64,000 nucleotides of DNA, taken from Alphaproteobacteria bacterium. Its GTDB lineage: Bacteria > Pseudomonadota > Alphaproteobacteria > Bin95. Position numbers and translations under genes: made by a program. Positions 31,857 to 42,927 of the stretch are shown here, one piece after another. Within the stretch, counting starts at the first letter, position 1. Each line of letters opens with the position of its first letter. Below the pieces are notes generated by a model. It saw only the letters and a program-made list of their open reading frames with translations, was not told where the DNA came from and made no database searches. The stretch is taken from NCBI GenBank assembly GCA_963665325.3, contig CAXXWS020000002.1, forward strand, positions 256,001 to 320,000, read 5' to 3'.

Positions 31857-32703
31857 GGGCTGGGTGGCCGTGGCGTTGGCGCCGGAAGGCGAGGCGTTGG
31901 ACGACGCGATTGTCGCGCGCCTCGCAGGGCGGCTCAAGGCGGATTCCGTGCGCCGGCTCGGGCCGGACGCGGCGGAGATGGCGGTGGCCTCGCCCGGCGC
32001 CGAACCGGGCGAGGCGGGGATCGACTGGGCCGTGCTGCCGGCGCGAGACCGGCGAAAACGCCTGCTGATTGCCGACATGGACTCGACGATGATCGTCGGC
32101 GAAACGCTGGACGAACTGGCAGCGGAAGCCGGAATTGGGGAGCGCGTTGCCGCGATCACCGCGCGCGCCATGAATGGCGAGCTCGATTTCGAAGCCGCGG
32201 TCCGCGAGCGGGTCGGCCTGCTGGCCGGGCTGCCGCTGGCGGCGGTGGAGCGAGTGCTCGTGCGCCTCCGTCCCGCGCCGGGCGCGCGCGCCGTCGTCGC
32301 GACGATGCGCGCTTCGGGCGCCCACTGCATGCTGGTGTCCGGTGGCTTCACCCTGTTCGCGGAACCGGTGGGCGCGCGGCTCGGTTTCGACGAGGTGCGG
32401 GCCAACCGGTTGGAGGTGCAGGACGGCCGGCTGACTGGCCGGGTGCTGGAGCCGATCCTCGGCCGGGACGCGAAGCGCCGCGCGTTGGAGGATCGCCGGA
32501 CGACGCTTGGCCTGGCGCCCGGCGAGACGCTTGCGGTCGGCGACGGGGCCAATGACCTCGCCATGCTGGCCGCCGCCGGTCTCGGCGTTGCGTTCCGCGC
32601 CAGGCCTGCGGTGGCGGCGCAGGCCCGCATCCGGGTGGACTGGGCCGGTCTCGGCGCCTTGCTCTACCTGCAGGGCTTTGCGCGCGCCGAGTTTGTAACC
32701 TGA
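31855..32703 (+). CDS. serB: Phosphoserine phosphatase
   Basis: HAD motif ADMDSTMI, ITARAMNGELDF, LVSGGF, GDGANDLAML; GGAGG SD at 31845. Confidence 0.96.
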   Translation: MGWVAVALAPEGEALDDAIVARLAGRLKADSVRRLGPDAAEMAVASPGAEPGEAGIDWAVLPARDRRKRLLIADMDSTMIVGETLDELAAEAGIGERVAAITARAMNGELDFEAAVRERVGLLAGLPLAAVERVLVRLRPAPGARAVVATMRASGAHCMLVSGGFTLFAEPVGARLGFDEVRANRLEVQDGRLTGRVLEPILGRDAKRRALEDRRTTLGLAPGETLAVGDGANDLAMLAAAGLGVAFRARPAVAAQARIRVDWAGLGALLYLQGFARAEFVT

Positions 32704-32716
32704 GCGCCGTCAGCCG

Positions 32717-34264
32717 TCAGTTGGCCTGCCGCTTGAGGAAGGCCGGGATATTGAGCTGCTCATCGTCCTCCGCGGGGGCCGGCACCGCATTGCCACTGCC
32801 GATGCTTACGTCCAGAACGGAAGGCTCCTTCGAAGTTTCTTCGGTTTCCCGTCCCAGGAGGCCGGGCAGTCCGAACCAGCCGCGCCGCTGCGGCGCCGGC
32901 GCCGACGGCGTTTCCTCCGGCTTGGCGACAGTGGGCCGGTTGCTGAACAGCTGCGTCTTGCGCGGCGCGACCGCCCCTTCCGGCAGGAAGGGCCTGCCAT
33001 AGGCCGCCTTGCGGGCCGGCACCGGCTCGGGATCGTCCGTCTGCGCTGCGGCGGGCTTGATCTCGGGCGTCGCCCCTTCTTCTTCCACCTTTTCCTCCGG
33101 CTCGTCCGCAGCCCCGATCGCGGCCTCCGCCGGGACCTCTTCCTCGCCGGTCCCGACAGCCGCCACTTCCTCGGCCGGCTCTTCCGGGACACCCGCCGGT
33201 TCCCCCTTCACGGTCGTTTCCGCCATGTCCTCCTCCGCAGGCAGCGGAACGGTCCCGACATTCGAGGCGACCGGATCGGTGATGCGCTTGAATTCGGTGT
33301 CGATGCCCGTCGCGACCACAGAAACGCGTATCTTGTTGTTCATGCTCTCGTCGAGTGTCGAGCCGAACACGATATTGGCGTTTTCGTCCACCTCGCGGCG
33401 AATGCGGTTGGCAGCCTCGTCCACTTCCAACAGGCCCATGTCGAAACCGCCGGTGATGTTGATGAGCACCGCCTGTGCGCCCCGCATGGACGTGTCGTCC
33501 AGAAGCGGGTTATCGATGGCGGCTTCGGCTGCATCGATGGCCCGGGTTTCTCCGTCGGCTTCGCCGGTGCCCATCATCGCCTTGCCCATCTCGCGCATGA
33601 CGGAGCGTATGTCGGCGAAGTCGAGATTCACCAGACCCGGCTTGATCATCAGATCGGTAACGCCTCGCACACCCGACTGCAGCACCTCATCCGCCATCTG
33701 GAACGCTTCGGCCAGCGTCGTCCGCGGGTCGGCGACCTGGAACAGGTTCTGGTTCGGGATGACGATCAGCGTATCGACGAACTTGGCCAGTTCCTCGATA
33801 CCGTTCTCGGCGGCGCGCATCCGGCGCGTACCCTCGAAATTGAACGGCTTGGTTACGACGCCCACCGTCAGCACACCGTGCTCTCGCGCCGCCCTCGCGA
33901 TGACCGGGGCGGCGCCGGTGCCGGTGCCGCCGCCCATGCCGGCGGTGATAAAGAGCATGTGGCAGCCTTCGACTTCCGCCATGACTTCGTCCAGCGCTTC
34001 CTCGGCGGCCGCGCGACCGATATCCGGTTCGGCGCCGGCTCCAAGACCGTTGGTCAGGTTCGCGCCGAGTCGGATGCGGTTCGGAGCGTCGGACAGGCCG
34101 AGTGCCTGAGCGTCGGTATTGGCGACGAGGAACTCGACACCCTGGAGGTCGGAGCGGATCATGTTGTTGACCGCATTGCCTCCCGCTCCGCCGACCCCGA
34201 TTACGGTGATTCGTGGCCTCATCTCGACATAGTCGGGCGGAGAGTGGAAGTTGATTGTGCTCAT
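32717..34264 (-). CDS. ftsZ: Cell division protein FtsZ
   Basis: [18 protein letters not shown] tubulin signature, NLDFAD, long acidic linker, C-terminal [12 protein letters not shown]. Confidence 0.99.
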   Translation of the reverse strand: MSTINFHSPPDYVEMRPRITVIGVGGAGGNAVNNMIRSDLQGVEFLVANTDAQALGLSDAPNRIRLGANLTNGLGAGAEPDIGRAAAEEALDEVMAEVEGCHMLFITAGMGGGTGTGAAPVIARAAREHGVLTVGVVTKPFNFEGTRRMRAAENGIEELAKFVDTLIVIPNQNLFQVADPRTTLAEAFQMADEVLQSGVRGVTDLMIKPGLVNLDFADIRSVMREMGKAMMGTGEADGETRAIDAAEAAIDNPLLDDTSMRGAQAVLINITGGFDMGLLEVDEAANRIRREVDENANIVFGSTLDESMNNKIRVSVVATGIDTEFKRITDPVASNVGTVPLPAEEDMAETTVKGEPAGVPEEPAEEVAAVGTGEEEVPAEAAIGAADEPEEKVEEEGATPEIKPAAAQTDDPEPVPARKAAYGRPFLPEGAVAPRKTQLFSNRPTVAKPEETPSAPAPQRRGWFGLPGLLGRETEETSKEPSVLDVSIGSGNAVPAPAEDDEQLNIPAFLKRQAN

Positions 34265-34307
34265 CGGGTTCTCCTGTCTGGACGTCGTGCTGGCAGGGGT
34301 TTCCAAG

Positions 34308-35546
34308 TCATATGTGCTGGCGCATCCACGCGCCGAAGCGGCCGAACAGATGGGTGGAAGCGGGAGTCAGGTTCGGCATGGTCAATGTCGCCGCCGCATT
34401 CCCGCCCCCGGCGTGAACGAGCAGGCCGGCACAGGCGGCATAGGCCGGACCGGTCCGCGAGTCGGCAATTCGGAAGGGCGGCCCGACCGTTCCGGTGCGG
34501 ACCTGCCGTTCCAGAATCAGTTCGCCCAGCCGCGCGGCGCCGACCAGCTGGCTCGCTCCGCCGGTGAGGACGACCCGCCGGCCCGCTTCCAGGCGGGCAT
34601 AGGTTTCGTCCAGGCGGGCTCGAACGCGCTCGAAGGTCTGTTCCGTTCGCGGGGTAACGATCTGTCTCAAATAGGGCGGCACCACGTGGTGCCCGTTCTT
34701 CCGGAAGCTCTCTTCCGCGCCGGGCGCCTGCAGCGAATCCGTCTCGAAGGGCGAGCCGCTCAGGCAGCTTGCTTCCTTCACCTTGATTTCCTCCGCCTCG
34801 CGGAAGCTGAGCGAGAACGCGTATGCGACATCTTCGGTCAGCCGCGCGCCGCCCTTCTTCAACACATCTACGAATGTCACGCCGCGGTTGTTGAAGACCG
34901 CGATCCCCGTGGTCCCGCCGCCCATGTCCGCCACGGCTATACCGAGTTCGCGGTCCTCTTCGCCAAGCACCGCCAGGCCGGCCGTGTAGGGTGCCGGGAG
35001 TATCCCGGCGACATCGACATGGGCCGCCTTGACGCAAGCTTCGAGGTTGGCGATCGGGCCGGCTTCGGCGGTGATCGCATGCAGGTCGATTCCGATGCGG
35101 CTGCCATACATGCCGAGCGGGTTTTCGATGCCGTCCACGCCGTCTACCGCGTAATCCAGCGGCCGGACCAGAAGCAGGCGGCGGTCCTTGGTGTCGATGC
35201 GCGCATAGGCGGCGATCTGAATCCCGCGAATATCGGCGGGAACGATTCTCGGCCCGGCAACCGGGAGCTCGACGCGAATGCGCTGGCTCGCTGGGCGTCC
35301 CCCGCTGGTCGCCACATGAATCTGTTGGACTTCGACCCCGGCCATCCGCTCGGCCTGCGAAACCGCCGTGGCGATGGCCTGGCCGGCGGCGTGGATATCG
35401 ACGACCGCCCCTTCGAGGATGCCGCGCGATGCGCGATCGCCGATGCCGATAACGTCGTAACGCCCCTGTTCGGAGACCCTGGCAATGAAGCAGCAGATTT
35501 TGGTGCTGCCGACATCGAGCGCTGCGACGATGTTCTCCCGCGCCAT
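34308..35546 (-). CDS. ftsA: Cell division protein FtsA
   Basis: [35 protein letters not shown]-terminal amphipathic helix; between ftsQ and ftsZ. Confidence 0.95.
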   Translation of the reverse strand: MARENIVAALDVGSTKICCFIARVSEQGRYDVIGIGDRASRGILEGAVVDIHAAGQAIATAVSQAERMAGVEVQQIHVATSGGRPASQRIRVELPVAGPRIVPADIRGIQIAAYARIDTKDRRLLLVRPLDYAVDGVDGIENPLGMYGSRIGIDLHAITAEAGPIANLEACVKAAHVDVAGILPAPYTAGLAVLGEEDRELGIAVADMGGGTTGIAVFNNRGVTFVDVLKKGGARLTEDVAYAFSLSFREAEEIKVKEASCLSGSPFETDSLQAPGAEESFRKNGHHVVPPYLRQIVTPRTEQTFERVRARLDETYARLEAGRRVVLTGGASQLVGAARLGELILERQVRTGTVGPPFRIADSRTGPAYAACAGLLVHAGGGNAAATLTMPNLTPASTHLFGRFGAWMRQHI

Positions 35547-35550
35547 GGCT

Positions 35551-36336
35551 TCAGCTCCGTTCTGCGGTCGTGTTGCCGGCCATGCGCAGAACCATTCGGC
35601 CGTCGAAACGCATGTCGATATGGGCAATGTCGCCATCCAGCAGCTGCCGTTCCCGGTCTATCTGAGCCAGACGCGCCCACGCGGCCTCGGTGCCGTCTTC
35701 CGGCAGCTTGATCTCGATTCGCCAGTCGAGATGAACGTTCCAGCGCCGCCCCGACACATAGGAAAGCCCGGTGATGCGCCGCGCGATGTCGCGTTCCTTT
35801 CGCAGCATGGCAAGCATGGCGGGCGCGGCGCCGGCGGCGCCGTCGCCGCGGATCACGGGCAGGTCGGCATAGGCGCGCGGGTCCGCGGCGGCGATGGGCT
35901 TGCCTCTCTCATCGACAACCGCAAAGTCCTTGCCCCGGTCCCAGACCGCCAGCGTTTCGCGCTCGATCAGGCGAATGACCAGTACGTCGGGAAGTGCCCG
36001 TTCGACTTCGACTTCCTGCACCCAGGGCAATGCCTCGACGCGCGTTCGCGCGGCACGAATATCCACCGCGAGAATGGGCGATCCGGCGACGGCGCCGACC
36101 GCGCTGCGGATTTCCTCGCGGCTCGTCCGCTTGCGGCCGATGACCATCACTTCTCGAACCCCGAATCCGGCGCGGGCCGACAGGGCGAGCGCCCGATCCA
36201 TGGCGGTCCGGATGTGATGGGCGGCCCACTCAGTCTCGGCCGTGCGGTAGGCGGCCGCCGCCACTGCCGCAAGCAGCAGCACCGCCCCCAGGCGCCAAAG
36301 GCGCCGCCGGCCTGACCGGCCCTTCAGAAATCGCAT
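35551..36336 (-). CDS. ftsQ: Cell division protein FtsQ
   Basis: N-terminal TM, POTRA (LPWVQEVEVERALPD), RRWNVHL, IDMR. Confidence 0.93.
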   Translation of the reverse strand: MRFLKGRSGRRRLWRLGAVLLLAAVAAAAYRTAETEWAAHHIRTAMDRALALSARAGFGVREVMVIGRKRTSREEIRSAVGAVAGSPILAVDIRAARTRVEALPWVQEVEVERALPDVLVIRLIERETLAVWDRGKDFAVVDERGKPIAAADPRAYADLPVIRGDGAAGAAPAMLAMLRKERDIARRITGLSYVSGRRWNVHLDWRIEIKLPEDGTEAAWARLAQIDRERQLLDGDIAHIDMRFDGRMVLRMAGNTTAERS

Positions 36337-37226
36337 CGCGCAGCCTCCGTCATCAGTTGCACGAGGCTCGGGAAATCGATGCCCGCATAAGCGGCAATTT
36401 CCGGCACCAGGGAGAGCGGCGTCAGGCCCGGCTGGGTGTTGACCTCCAGCAGGTAGAGCCCGCCGTTCTGCTCGTCGTACCGGAAGTCGGCGCGCGTGAC
36501 CGACCGGCAGCCAAGCGCCATGTGGGCGCGTTCGGCGATGTCGAGTGCCTGGGCCGCCACCTCGTCATCTACCGGCGCCGGAATCAGGTGGTCGGCGCGC
36601 TCCTCGGTATATTTCGTGTCGTAGTCGTAAAAGCCCTGGTAGGGGCGGATTTCGAGCACGCCCAGCGCCCGGTCGTCATTTACCGCAACGGTGAGTTCGC
36701 GCCCCGGAATGTATCGCTCGACCAGGGCCTTCGTGCCGAACGGCCAGGTCTCTGCTGTCAAGGGAACCGCGTTGGAACCTTCTTCGACAATGATGATGCC
36801 GACGCTGGATCCCTCTGCGACCGGCTTGATCACATAGGGCGCGGGCATCGTGTCATGCGCATCTTCGCAGGACACCACCGCGCCTTCCGGCACGGAGATG
36901 CCGGCTGTCCGGAAGACGGCCTTCGACGCCGCCTTGTCCATGGCGAGAGCGGAGGCGCGAATGCCGGAATGGGTATAGGGAATTCCCATCAGTTCCAGCA
37001 GGCCCTGGATGCAGCCGTCTTCGCCGAAGCGCCCGTGAAGGGCGTTGAACGCCGCGTCGGGAGCCGGTGTCAGGCGTGCCGCCAGGGCCGGGACATCGGC
37101 CCCGACATCGATGGGATCGACGCAGTAGCCGAGCGTCGCAAGCGCTTCGCACACGGCTTGCCCCGTCACCAGCGAGACCTCGCGTTCGGCGGAAACGCCG
37201 CCCATGAGTACAGCGATCCTATTCAT
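36324..37226 (-). CDS. ddl: D-alanine--D-alanine ligase
   Basis: VLMGGVSAEREVSL, LHGRFGEDG, EGSSVG, YDYDTKY, LEVNTQPG. Confidence 0.98.
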   Translation of the reverse strand: MNRIAVLMGGVSAEREVSLVTGQAVCEALATLGYCVDPIDVGADVPALAARLTPAPDAAFNALHGRFGEDGCIQGLLELMGIPYTHSGIRASALAMDKAASKAVFRTAGISVPEGAVVSCEDAHDTMPAPYVIKPVAEGSSVGIIIVEEGSNAVPLTAETWPFGTKALVERYIPGRELTVAVNDDRALGVLEIRPYQGFYDYDTKYTEERADHLIPAPVDDEVAAQALDIAERAHMALGCRSVTRADFRYDEQNGGLYLLEVNTQPGLTPLSLVPEIAAYAGIDFPSLVQLMTEAARCDF

Positions 37227-38131
37227 GCCGGGCACGCTCCCCGGCGGCCGACGCGCTCGATCTCCCAGTCGAGGCCGACGCCGGTGGAGGCGAGCACGCG
37301 CGCCCGGACGTCTTCGGCCAGGTCTTCGAGGTCGGCGGCGCTGGCAGCGCCGGTATTCACGAGGAAATTGCAGTGCATTTCGGAGACCATCGCTCCCCCG
37401 TGCTTCAGCCCACGGCAGCCGGCCCGGTCGATCAGCTCCCAGGCCTTGGCGCCTTCCGGGTTCCGGAAGGTGGAGCCGCCCGTGCGGGTGCGGATCGGCT
37501 GGCTCGCTTCCCGAGCGGCTGCGATCTCGGCCATGGCGGCGCGGACTTCGTCGCAGGGGCGCTTGACGCATCGGAAGCGGGCCGAGAGGAAAATACGGTC
37601 TTTCCCGAGCGCATTGCCGCGGTAGCGGAAGCCGAAGTCCGCGTTGAAGAGGCGTTCGACTTCGCCCCGGCGCGTCATCGCATCGGCGTCGATCAGCGCA
37701 TCGGCGGTTTCGCGGCCGTAGGCGCCGGCGTTCATGGCGAGCGCGCCGCCGACCGTGCCCGGTATGCCGGAAAGGAACTCGAGCCCTCCGAGCCCGGCGT
37801 CCGCTGCGGTGCGGGCGACATTGGCGCAGAGCGCGGCCGCACCGGCGGCAACGGTTTCGCCCTCGGTCCGGATGTCGGCAAAGCCGCGGCCGAGCCGCAG
37901 GACGAGGCCGTCTATGCCGCCGTCCCGGACCAGGGTGTTCGAAACAACGCCGAGCACCGTCAACGGCACGTCATCGGGCAGTCCCGCCAGCAGCACCTGC
38001 AGGTCGGCCCGGTCCACGGGGCGAGCCATCGCCTCGGCGGGCCCGCCGACCCGGAACCAGGTGATCCGGTCGAGCGGGGCCGAGCGGGTCATGCGCCCCC
38101 GAATGCAGGGCAGGGGGAAGCGCGGGGTCAT
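37223..38131 (-). CDS. murB: UDP-N-acetylmuramate dehydrogenase
   Basis: TWFRVGGPA, SNTLVRDGG, GIPGTVGGALAMNAGAYG, GSTFRNP, HCNFLVN. Confidence 0.97.
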   Translation of the reverse strand: MTPRFPLPCIRGRMTRSAPLDRITWFRVGGPAEAMARPVDRADLQVLLAGLPDDVPLTVLGVVSNTLVRDGGIDGLVLRLGRGFADIRTEGETVAAGAAALCANVARTAADAGLGGLEFLSGIPGTVGGALAMNAGAYGRETADALIDADAMTRRGEVERLFNADFGFRYRGNALGKDRIFLSARFRCVKRPCDEVRAAMAEIAAAREASQPIRTRTGGSTFRNPEGAKAWELIDRAGCRGLKHGGAMVSEMHCNFLVNTGAASAADLEDLAEDVRARVLASTGVGLDWEIERVGRRGACPA

Positions 38132-39513
38132 TGCCGGGCCTCCCGGAGCGTATCCGGCAGGGCGTGCGCCCAGGCCGTGATGGAGCCGGCGCCGAGGCAG
38201 ACGATGGTGTCGCCCGGTGCGGCCCATGATCCGGCGCAGGCCGCAAGGTCGTCGGGGCCGTCGATCGCCGCCACATCCCGGTGCCCGCCTGCCCGCGCCG
38301 CGGCCACTAGCGCATCGCGGTTCGCGCCCGCGATCGGGGACTCTCCGGCGGCATAGACGGGCGCGATCAACACCTTGTCCGCTTCGGAGAAGCAGTGCGC
38401 GAAATCGTCCAGCAGGGCGCTCAGGCGGGTGTAGCGGTGGGGTTGCATGACCGCCATGATCCGTCCGCCGCCGGCCAGGCGGGCGGTGGCGAGCACGGCC
38501 GCTATTTCGGTCGGGTGGTGGGCGTAGTCGTCTATGATCCGCACACCGTCCACCTCGCCGGCGAGCGTGAAGCGGCGCTCGACACCCCGGAACTCCGCGA
38601 GCGCGCGGCGAATGGCGTCCTCCGGCAGGCCCAGAAGATGACCGACCGAGACCGCGGCCAGTGCGTTCTCAGCATTGTGGCGACCGGGCACGCCTATCCG
38701 AAGGCCTTCGATTGTCACGAGGCCGGACACATCGAGCCTGCTGCCAGCAGGGTTCAGCGCCAGCGCGCTGGCGCGAATGTCGGCGTCGGGCGCAAACCCG
38801 TAGCGAACGACCGGCCGCCGGCACGTCTTTGCCAGCCGGCGCGAGCCATCGTTGTCCACCGAGACGATGGCGCTGCCGAAGGCAGGCACGGAGTCCGCGA
38901 ACCGGGCGAAGCAGGCCTCGATCTCGGCGAGGTCGCGGTAATGCTCCATATGCTCGGCTTCGATATTGGTGATCACGGCCAGGGTCGCCGGCAGGTTGAG
39001 GAAGGACCTGTCGCTCTCGTCCGCTTCGATGACCGCCCAGGGGCCGCTGCCGAGCTTTGCGTTCGATCCGAACCCTTCGAGGACTCCGCCGTTCACCACC
39101 GTCGGGTCCACGTTGCCGGCTTCCAGGACTGCCGCGATCATCGCGGTGGTCGTGGTCTTTCCGTGCGTGCCGGAAACGGCAATCGACCATGAGAGGGAGG
39201 CGATGGCCGCAAGCGCCTCTGAGCGGTGCAGCACGGGCAGGCCGCGCCGAAGCGCCTCCTGCCGTTCCGGGTTGTCGTCCGGAACGGCTGTCGAGACCAC
39301 GACTGCCGCTGCATCGCCGAGATTGGCGGCGTCGTGGCCGATCCGGATCGTCAGACCGAGCGTCTCCAGCCGGGCCGTGTTGGCGCTTGCCGAGGCGTCA
39401 CTGCCGCTGACCGGGCAGCCGAGCCGGTGCAGCAGTTCGGCGATGCCGCTCATGCCGATGCCGCCGATCCCGACGAAGTGGAGCGGCCCGAAAGGAAGGG
39501 GTAGAGGCCTCAT
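38128..39513 (-). CDS. murC: UDP-N-acetylmuramate--L-alanine ligase
   Basis: HFVGIGGIGMSG, GTHGKTTTT, EADESD, DDYAHHPTEI, QPHRYTR. Confidence 0.98.
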   Translation of the reverse strand: MRPLPLPFGPLHFVGIGGIGMSGIAELLHRLGCPVSGSDASASANTARLETLGLTIRIGHDAANLGDAAAVVVSTAVPDDNPERQEALRRGLPVLHRSEALAAIASLSWSIAVSGTHGKTTTTAMIAAVLEAGNVDPTVVNGGVLEGFGSNAKLGSGPWAVIEADESDRSFLNLPATLAVITNIEAEHMEHYRDLAEIEACFARFADSVPAFGSAIVSVDNDGSRRLAKTCRRPVVRYGFAPDADIRASALALNPAGSRLDVSGLVTIEGLRIGVPGRHNAENALAAVSVGHLLGLPEDAIRRALAEFRGVERRFTLAGEVDGVRIIDDYAHHPTEIAAVLATARLAGGGRIMAVMQPHRYTRLSALLDDFAHCFSEADKVLIAPVYAAGESPIAGANRDALVAAARAGGHRDVAAIDGPDDLAACAGSWAAPGDTIVCLGAGSITAWAHALPDTLREARQ

Positions 39514-40547
39514 GACGCCGCCTCCCGGACTTCCGACAGGACGAATTCGGCCAGGGCGTCGGCGGCGTCCGGCCTGCCGAATTGCCGCGCGCCGGCCGCC
39601 GCGCGGACGAGTCGCTCGGGGTCTGCGATGCAGGCTTCGACGAGGTCCCGCAGCCGGTCGGGGGTAAAGTCCCGGTCCCCGATCAGCCAGCCGCCGCCAG
39701 CCTCTATGACCGCGCGGGCATTGGCGCTCTGGTGGTCGTCGGTTGCATAGGGATAGGGCGCGAAGACTGCAGGCCGGCCTGCTGCCGCAAGTTCGGCGAC
39801 TGTGGAGGCCCCGGCCCTGGCGATGACCAGATGCGCCTCGCCGAGCGCGCCCGCCATGTCTTGGATGAACGGTTCGAGCTGTGCCTCGACGCCCTCGCGG
39901 CGATAGGCGCCGCGCGCCGGCTCTAGGTCTTCCACCCGGCATTGCTGACGCACGGCGACGCGGCCGGCAAGGGGGCCGAGGGCCTCGGGCAGCACCTCGG
40001 AGAAGATGCGTGCGCCCTGGCTTCCGCCGAATACCAGCACCCTCAACGGCTCACCCGGCGCGGGAGGCGCATAGGGCCGGTTACGCAGCGCCGCGATCTC
40101 GGGCCGGACGGGATTGCCGACCAGGCGGTCGCCCATGCCGGGATAGCTGGCGGCGACCTTGACCCTGCCGCGAGCCAGCAGCCGGTTGGTTCTGCCGAGC
40201 AGGGCGTTCTGCTCGTGCAACACGGTGGTCAGCCCGAGCCACCGGGCGGCGACCACGGTCGGCGCGGAAGGATAGCCCCCGAAGCCGACGACCGCGCGCG
40301 ACCGCGTCTTTGCGAGCACCTTGCGGGCGTCGAAGATGCCGAGTCCGAGTTGCACGATGCCTCGCAGGCTGCGGGGCGGTCCGGCGCGGATGGTATGCAC
40401 CGGCGCGTCCCCGGCGAACACGGCGCCGCGACTGTCGGTGACGGCGATGGCTGCCTCGCCTCGCGCGGCAAGGCAGGCGGCGAAGGCGCGGGCGGGGAAC
40501 ACATGGCCTCCCGTGCCGCCGGCAGCGATGGCGATCGGGCCGGCCAT
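39510..40547 (-). CDS. murG: Undecaprenyldiphospho-muramoylpentapeptide beta-N-acetylglucosaminyltransferase
   Basis: GGTGGHVFP, GFGGY, HEQN, GNPVR, GGSQGA, RAGAST.AE, HQSANA. Confidence 0.97.
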   Translation of the reverse strand: MAGPIAIAAGGTGGHVFPARAFAACLAARGEAAIAVTDSRGAVFAGDAPVHTIRAGPPRSLRGIVQLGLGIFDARKVLAKTRSRAVVGFGGYPSAPTVVAARWLGLTTVLHEQNALLGRTNRLLARGRVKVAASYPGMGDRLVGNPVRPEIAALRNRPYAPPAPGEPLRVLVFGGSQGARIFSEVLPEALGPLAGRVAVRQQCRVEDLEPARGAYRREGVEAQLEPFIQDMAGALGEAHLVIARAGASTVAELAAAGRPAVFAPYPYATDDHQSANARAVIEAGGGWLIGDRDFTPDRLRDLVEACIADPERLVRAAAGARQFGRPDAADALAEFVLSEVREAAS

Positions 40548-41671
40548 CACAACACCTCCGCCTGTCCGTCCCTGCGCCGGTTGAGCGCGAGGACGAAGCC
40601 GAGCGTGATCGAGGCGGCGAACAGCGATGAACCGCCATAGCTGAGGAAAGGCAGGGTCGTGCCCTTGGTCGGGATCACTTCCAACGCCGAGGCCATATTG
40701 ATGAATGCCTGTAGCCCGAAACTTGCAAGCAGCCCGGAGACGGCCAGGAAGGCGAACAGGTTCTCTTCCGCCATCAGGCGAAACGCGCCCCGGCAGACGA
40801 TCAGGCCATAGAGCCCGAGCACGGCGATGCAGACCAGCAGGCCGAATTCCTCGCCCAGGACGGCGAAGATGAAATCGGCATGGGCGTCCGGAAGGGTTTC
40901 CTTGACCGTGCCTTCGCCGGGGCCTTGCCCGACGAGCCCGCCCTGCTTGAAGGACTCGAGCGACCGCCCGATCTGATAGCGGTCTCCTCCGACGCCGTTG
41001 ATGAAGGTATCGACGCGGTTCGAGACGTGGCTGAAGCCGAAATAGGCAATGACGCCGCCGGCGCCTGCGGCCAGAACGAGGCCCGCCAGCGCCAAAAGAG
41101 ACATGCCGGCAAGCGTGAACTGCCCGAACCAGACCGAGACGACCATGAAGGACATGCCGACGTCGGGCTGCAGCAGCAGCGCGCCGACGACGACGGCGAG
41201 CAGCGCTGCCGCAATCAATAGCGCGCGCGAGCCGACGACGACGCGGTAATGCGCGAACAGCCAGGCGGACACGACGGCCATGCCCGGTTTCAGGAATTCC
41301 GAAGGCTGCAAGCCGATGAAGCCGAGCGAGAGCCAGCGCTGGGCGCCCTTGTTCTCCGGCCCGACAAGCGCCGTGAAGAGCGTCAGCAGCAGCGCGCCGG
41401 CGCACACCAGGCCGGCGGTCTGAAGCACTTGGACGGGGCTCAGCAGCGCGCAGACCATCAGCAGGGCGATCGCCACCGGCAGGAACAGTGCGTGCTTGAA
41501 CAGGAAGTGGAAGCGGGGGGCGCCGTTCAGCTCGGCGACGGCCGGTCCCGCCGTCGCGATCAGGATAAGGCCGAAGACGACCAGCGCGACGACGGCGCCG
41601 ACCGTGACGCGGTCCACCGTCCAGACCCACTGGGCGGTCCAGCTCCGGTCGGTGCGGGGCAGGAGGCTCAT
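40547..41671 (-). CDS. ftsW: Peptidoglycan glycosyltransferase FtsW
   Basis: KGAQRW, QPSEFLK, LQPDVG, LPDAHADFIF..EEFG, PTKGTTLPFLSYGGSS. Confidence 0.97.
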   Translation of the reverse strand: MSLLPRTDRSWTAQWVWTVDRVTVGAVVALVVFGLILIATAGPAVAELNGAPRFHFLFKHALFLPVAIALLMVCALLSPVQVLQTAGLVCAGALLLTLFTALVGPENKGAQRWLSLGFIGLQPSEFLKPGMAVVSAWLFAHYRVVVGSRALLIAAALLAVVVGALLLQPDVGMSFMVVSVWFGQFTLAGMSLLALAGLVLAAGAGGVIAYFGFSHVSNRVDTFINGVGGDRYQIGRSLESFKQGGLVGQGPGEGTVKETLPDAHADFIFAVLGEEFGLLVCIAVLGLYGLIVCRGAFRLMAEENLFAFLAVSGLLASFGLQAFINMASALEVIPTKGTTLPFLSYGGSSLFAASITLGFVLALNRRRDGQAEVL

Positions 41672-42927
41672 ACCGCGCCTCCCGCCAGCCCGCGCACGCC
41701 CTCGCGAAAGGCGTCTCCGCGTGCCTCGAAACTCTCCCACTGGTCGAAGGATGCCGCGGCAGGTGCGAGCAGCACGACTTCGCCTGGCCGCGCGTCGCGA
41801 TGGGCGGCTGCCAGGGCGGCGTCGAGGTCGTCGAGGCATTCGCATGCGGCGTAGCCCGAAAGTGCATCCGCGAATGGTGCTTGCGATGCGCCGATGAGAT
41901 ACGCCTTCGCAATCCGGCCGAACCAGGGCCGGAGCGCGTCGAGGTCGTCCGTCTTCGCCTTTCCGCCGGCGATCCAGCGCACGCGCTCGAAACTGGCGAG
42001 CGCAAAGGCCGCCGAGTCCGGGTTGGTCGCCTTGCTGTCGTTCACGTAACGGACCCCGTCGATCTCGCCCACGGTTTCCATACGGTGCGGCAGGCCCTGG
42101 AATTCGGACATGGCGTCGAGCGCATCCCGGCGGTCGATGCCGAGCGCGCCGAGCGCGGCAAGCGCGGCGGCGGCGTTGCGCCGGTTGTGGGGGCCCGGCA
42201 GGCGGGAAAGGGAAGGACCGTCGTCCCCGATTGCGGTAACGGCGCGGCCTTCCGCCCGCAGGCGCCGCGCCAGCCGACGGCACCACGGATCGCTGTCGCC
42301 GATTACAACGGCTGCCCAGTTCTCGAAGATACGCGCCTTGTCGGCGGCGTAGCAGTGCATGCCGCCGTGGCGGTCGAGATGGTCGGGAGCGATATTCAGC
42401 AGCACCGCCACATCGAAGGCGGGGCGCGGCAGGAGCGCGAGTTGGTAGGAGGAAAGCTCGAGGACATACACCCCGCCCGCACCGAGCGCCGGCAGGCCGA
42501 GAGCAGCCGGGCCGAGATTGCCGCCGACGGCATGCGGCAGCCCAAGCCTGTCGAGCGCGTGTCCGATCAGGGCCGTCACGGTCGATTTTCCGTTGGTGCC
42601 CGTGACGCCGACGAAGCGGCAGTCGGGCATGGCTTCGACGAGCAGGGAGATGTCCGCGACGGGCCTCACCCGTGCGGCGTCCGCCCGGACGGCCAGCGGA
42701 TGCGGGCGTGGATGGAGATGCGGTATGCCCGGGCTCCAGACCAGCCGGTCCAGGCCGGACGGGTCGAAGGGCTGCGCTTCGCCGAATTCCCTGCACAGGT
42801 CCTTGCGGTCGTCCCAGACATGGAGATGCGCGCCGGCAGCCGCAAAGGCCGCCGCCGCCGCCCGTCCGGACCGTCCGAGCCCCATGACGCCCACTTCGGC
42901 GCCGCGATATGCCGGCAGCGGAATCAT
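41668..42927 (-). CDS. murD: UDP-N-acetylmuramoyl-L-alanine--D-glutamate ligase
   Basis: GLGRSG, SPGI, GTNGKST, ELSSYQ, DHLDRH, NDSKATN. Confidence 0.97.
   Translation of the reverse strand: MIPLPAYRGAEVGVMGLGRSGRAAAAAFAAAGAHLHVWDDRKDLCREFGEAQPFDPSGLDRLVWSPGIPHLHPRPHPLAVRADAARVRPVADISLLVEAMPDCRFVGVTGTNGKSTVTALIGHALDRLGLPHAVGGNLGPAALGLPALGAGGVYVLELSSYQLALLPRPAFDVAVLLNIAPDHLDRHGGMHCYAADKARIFENWAAVVIGDSDPWCRRLARRLRAEGRAVTAIGDDGPSLSRLPGPHNRRNAAAALAALGALGIDRRDALDAMSEFQGLPHRMETVGEIDGVRYVNDSKATNPDSAAFALASFERVRWIAGGKAKTDDLDALRPWFGRIAKAYLIGASQAPFADALSGYAACECLDDLDAALAAAHRDARPGEVVLLAPAAASFDQWESFEARGDAFREGVRGLAGGAV

Noticed and set aside
32760-33260. Low-complexity Glu/Pro/Ala-rich stretch in ftsZ
   Set aside because: Long disordered linkers are normal for alphaproteobacterial FtsZ; not a DNA repeat
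37935-37955. MurB FAD-loop reads GVVSN rather than GxGSN
   Set aside because: This position varies among alphaproteobacterial MurB; all other motifs are intact
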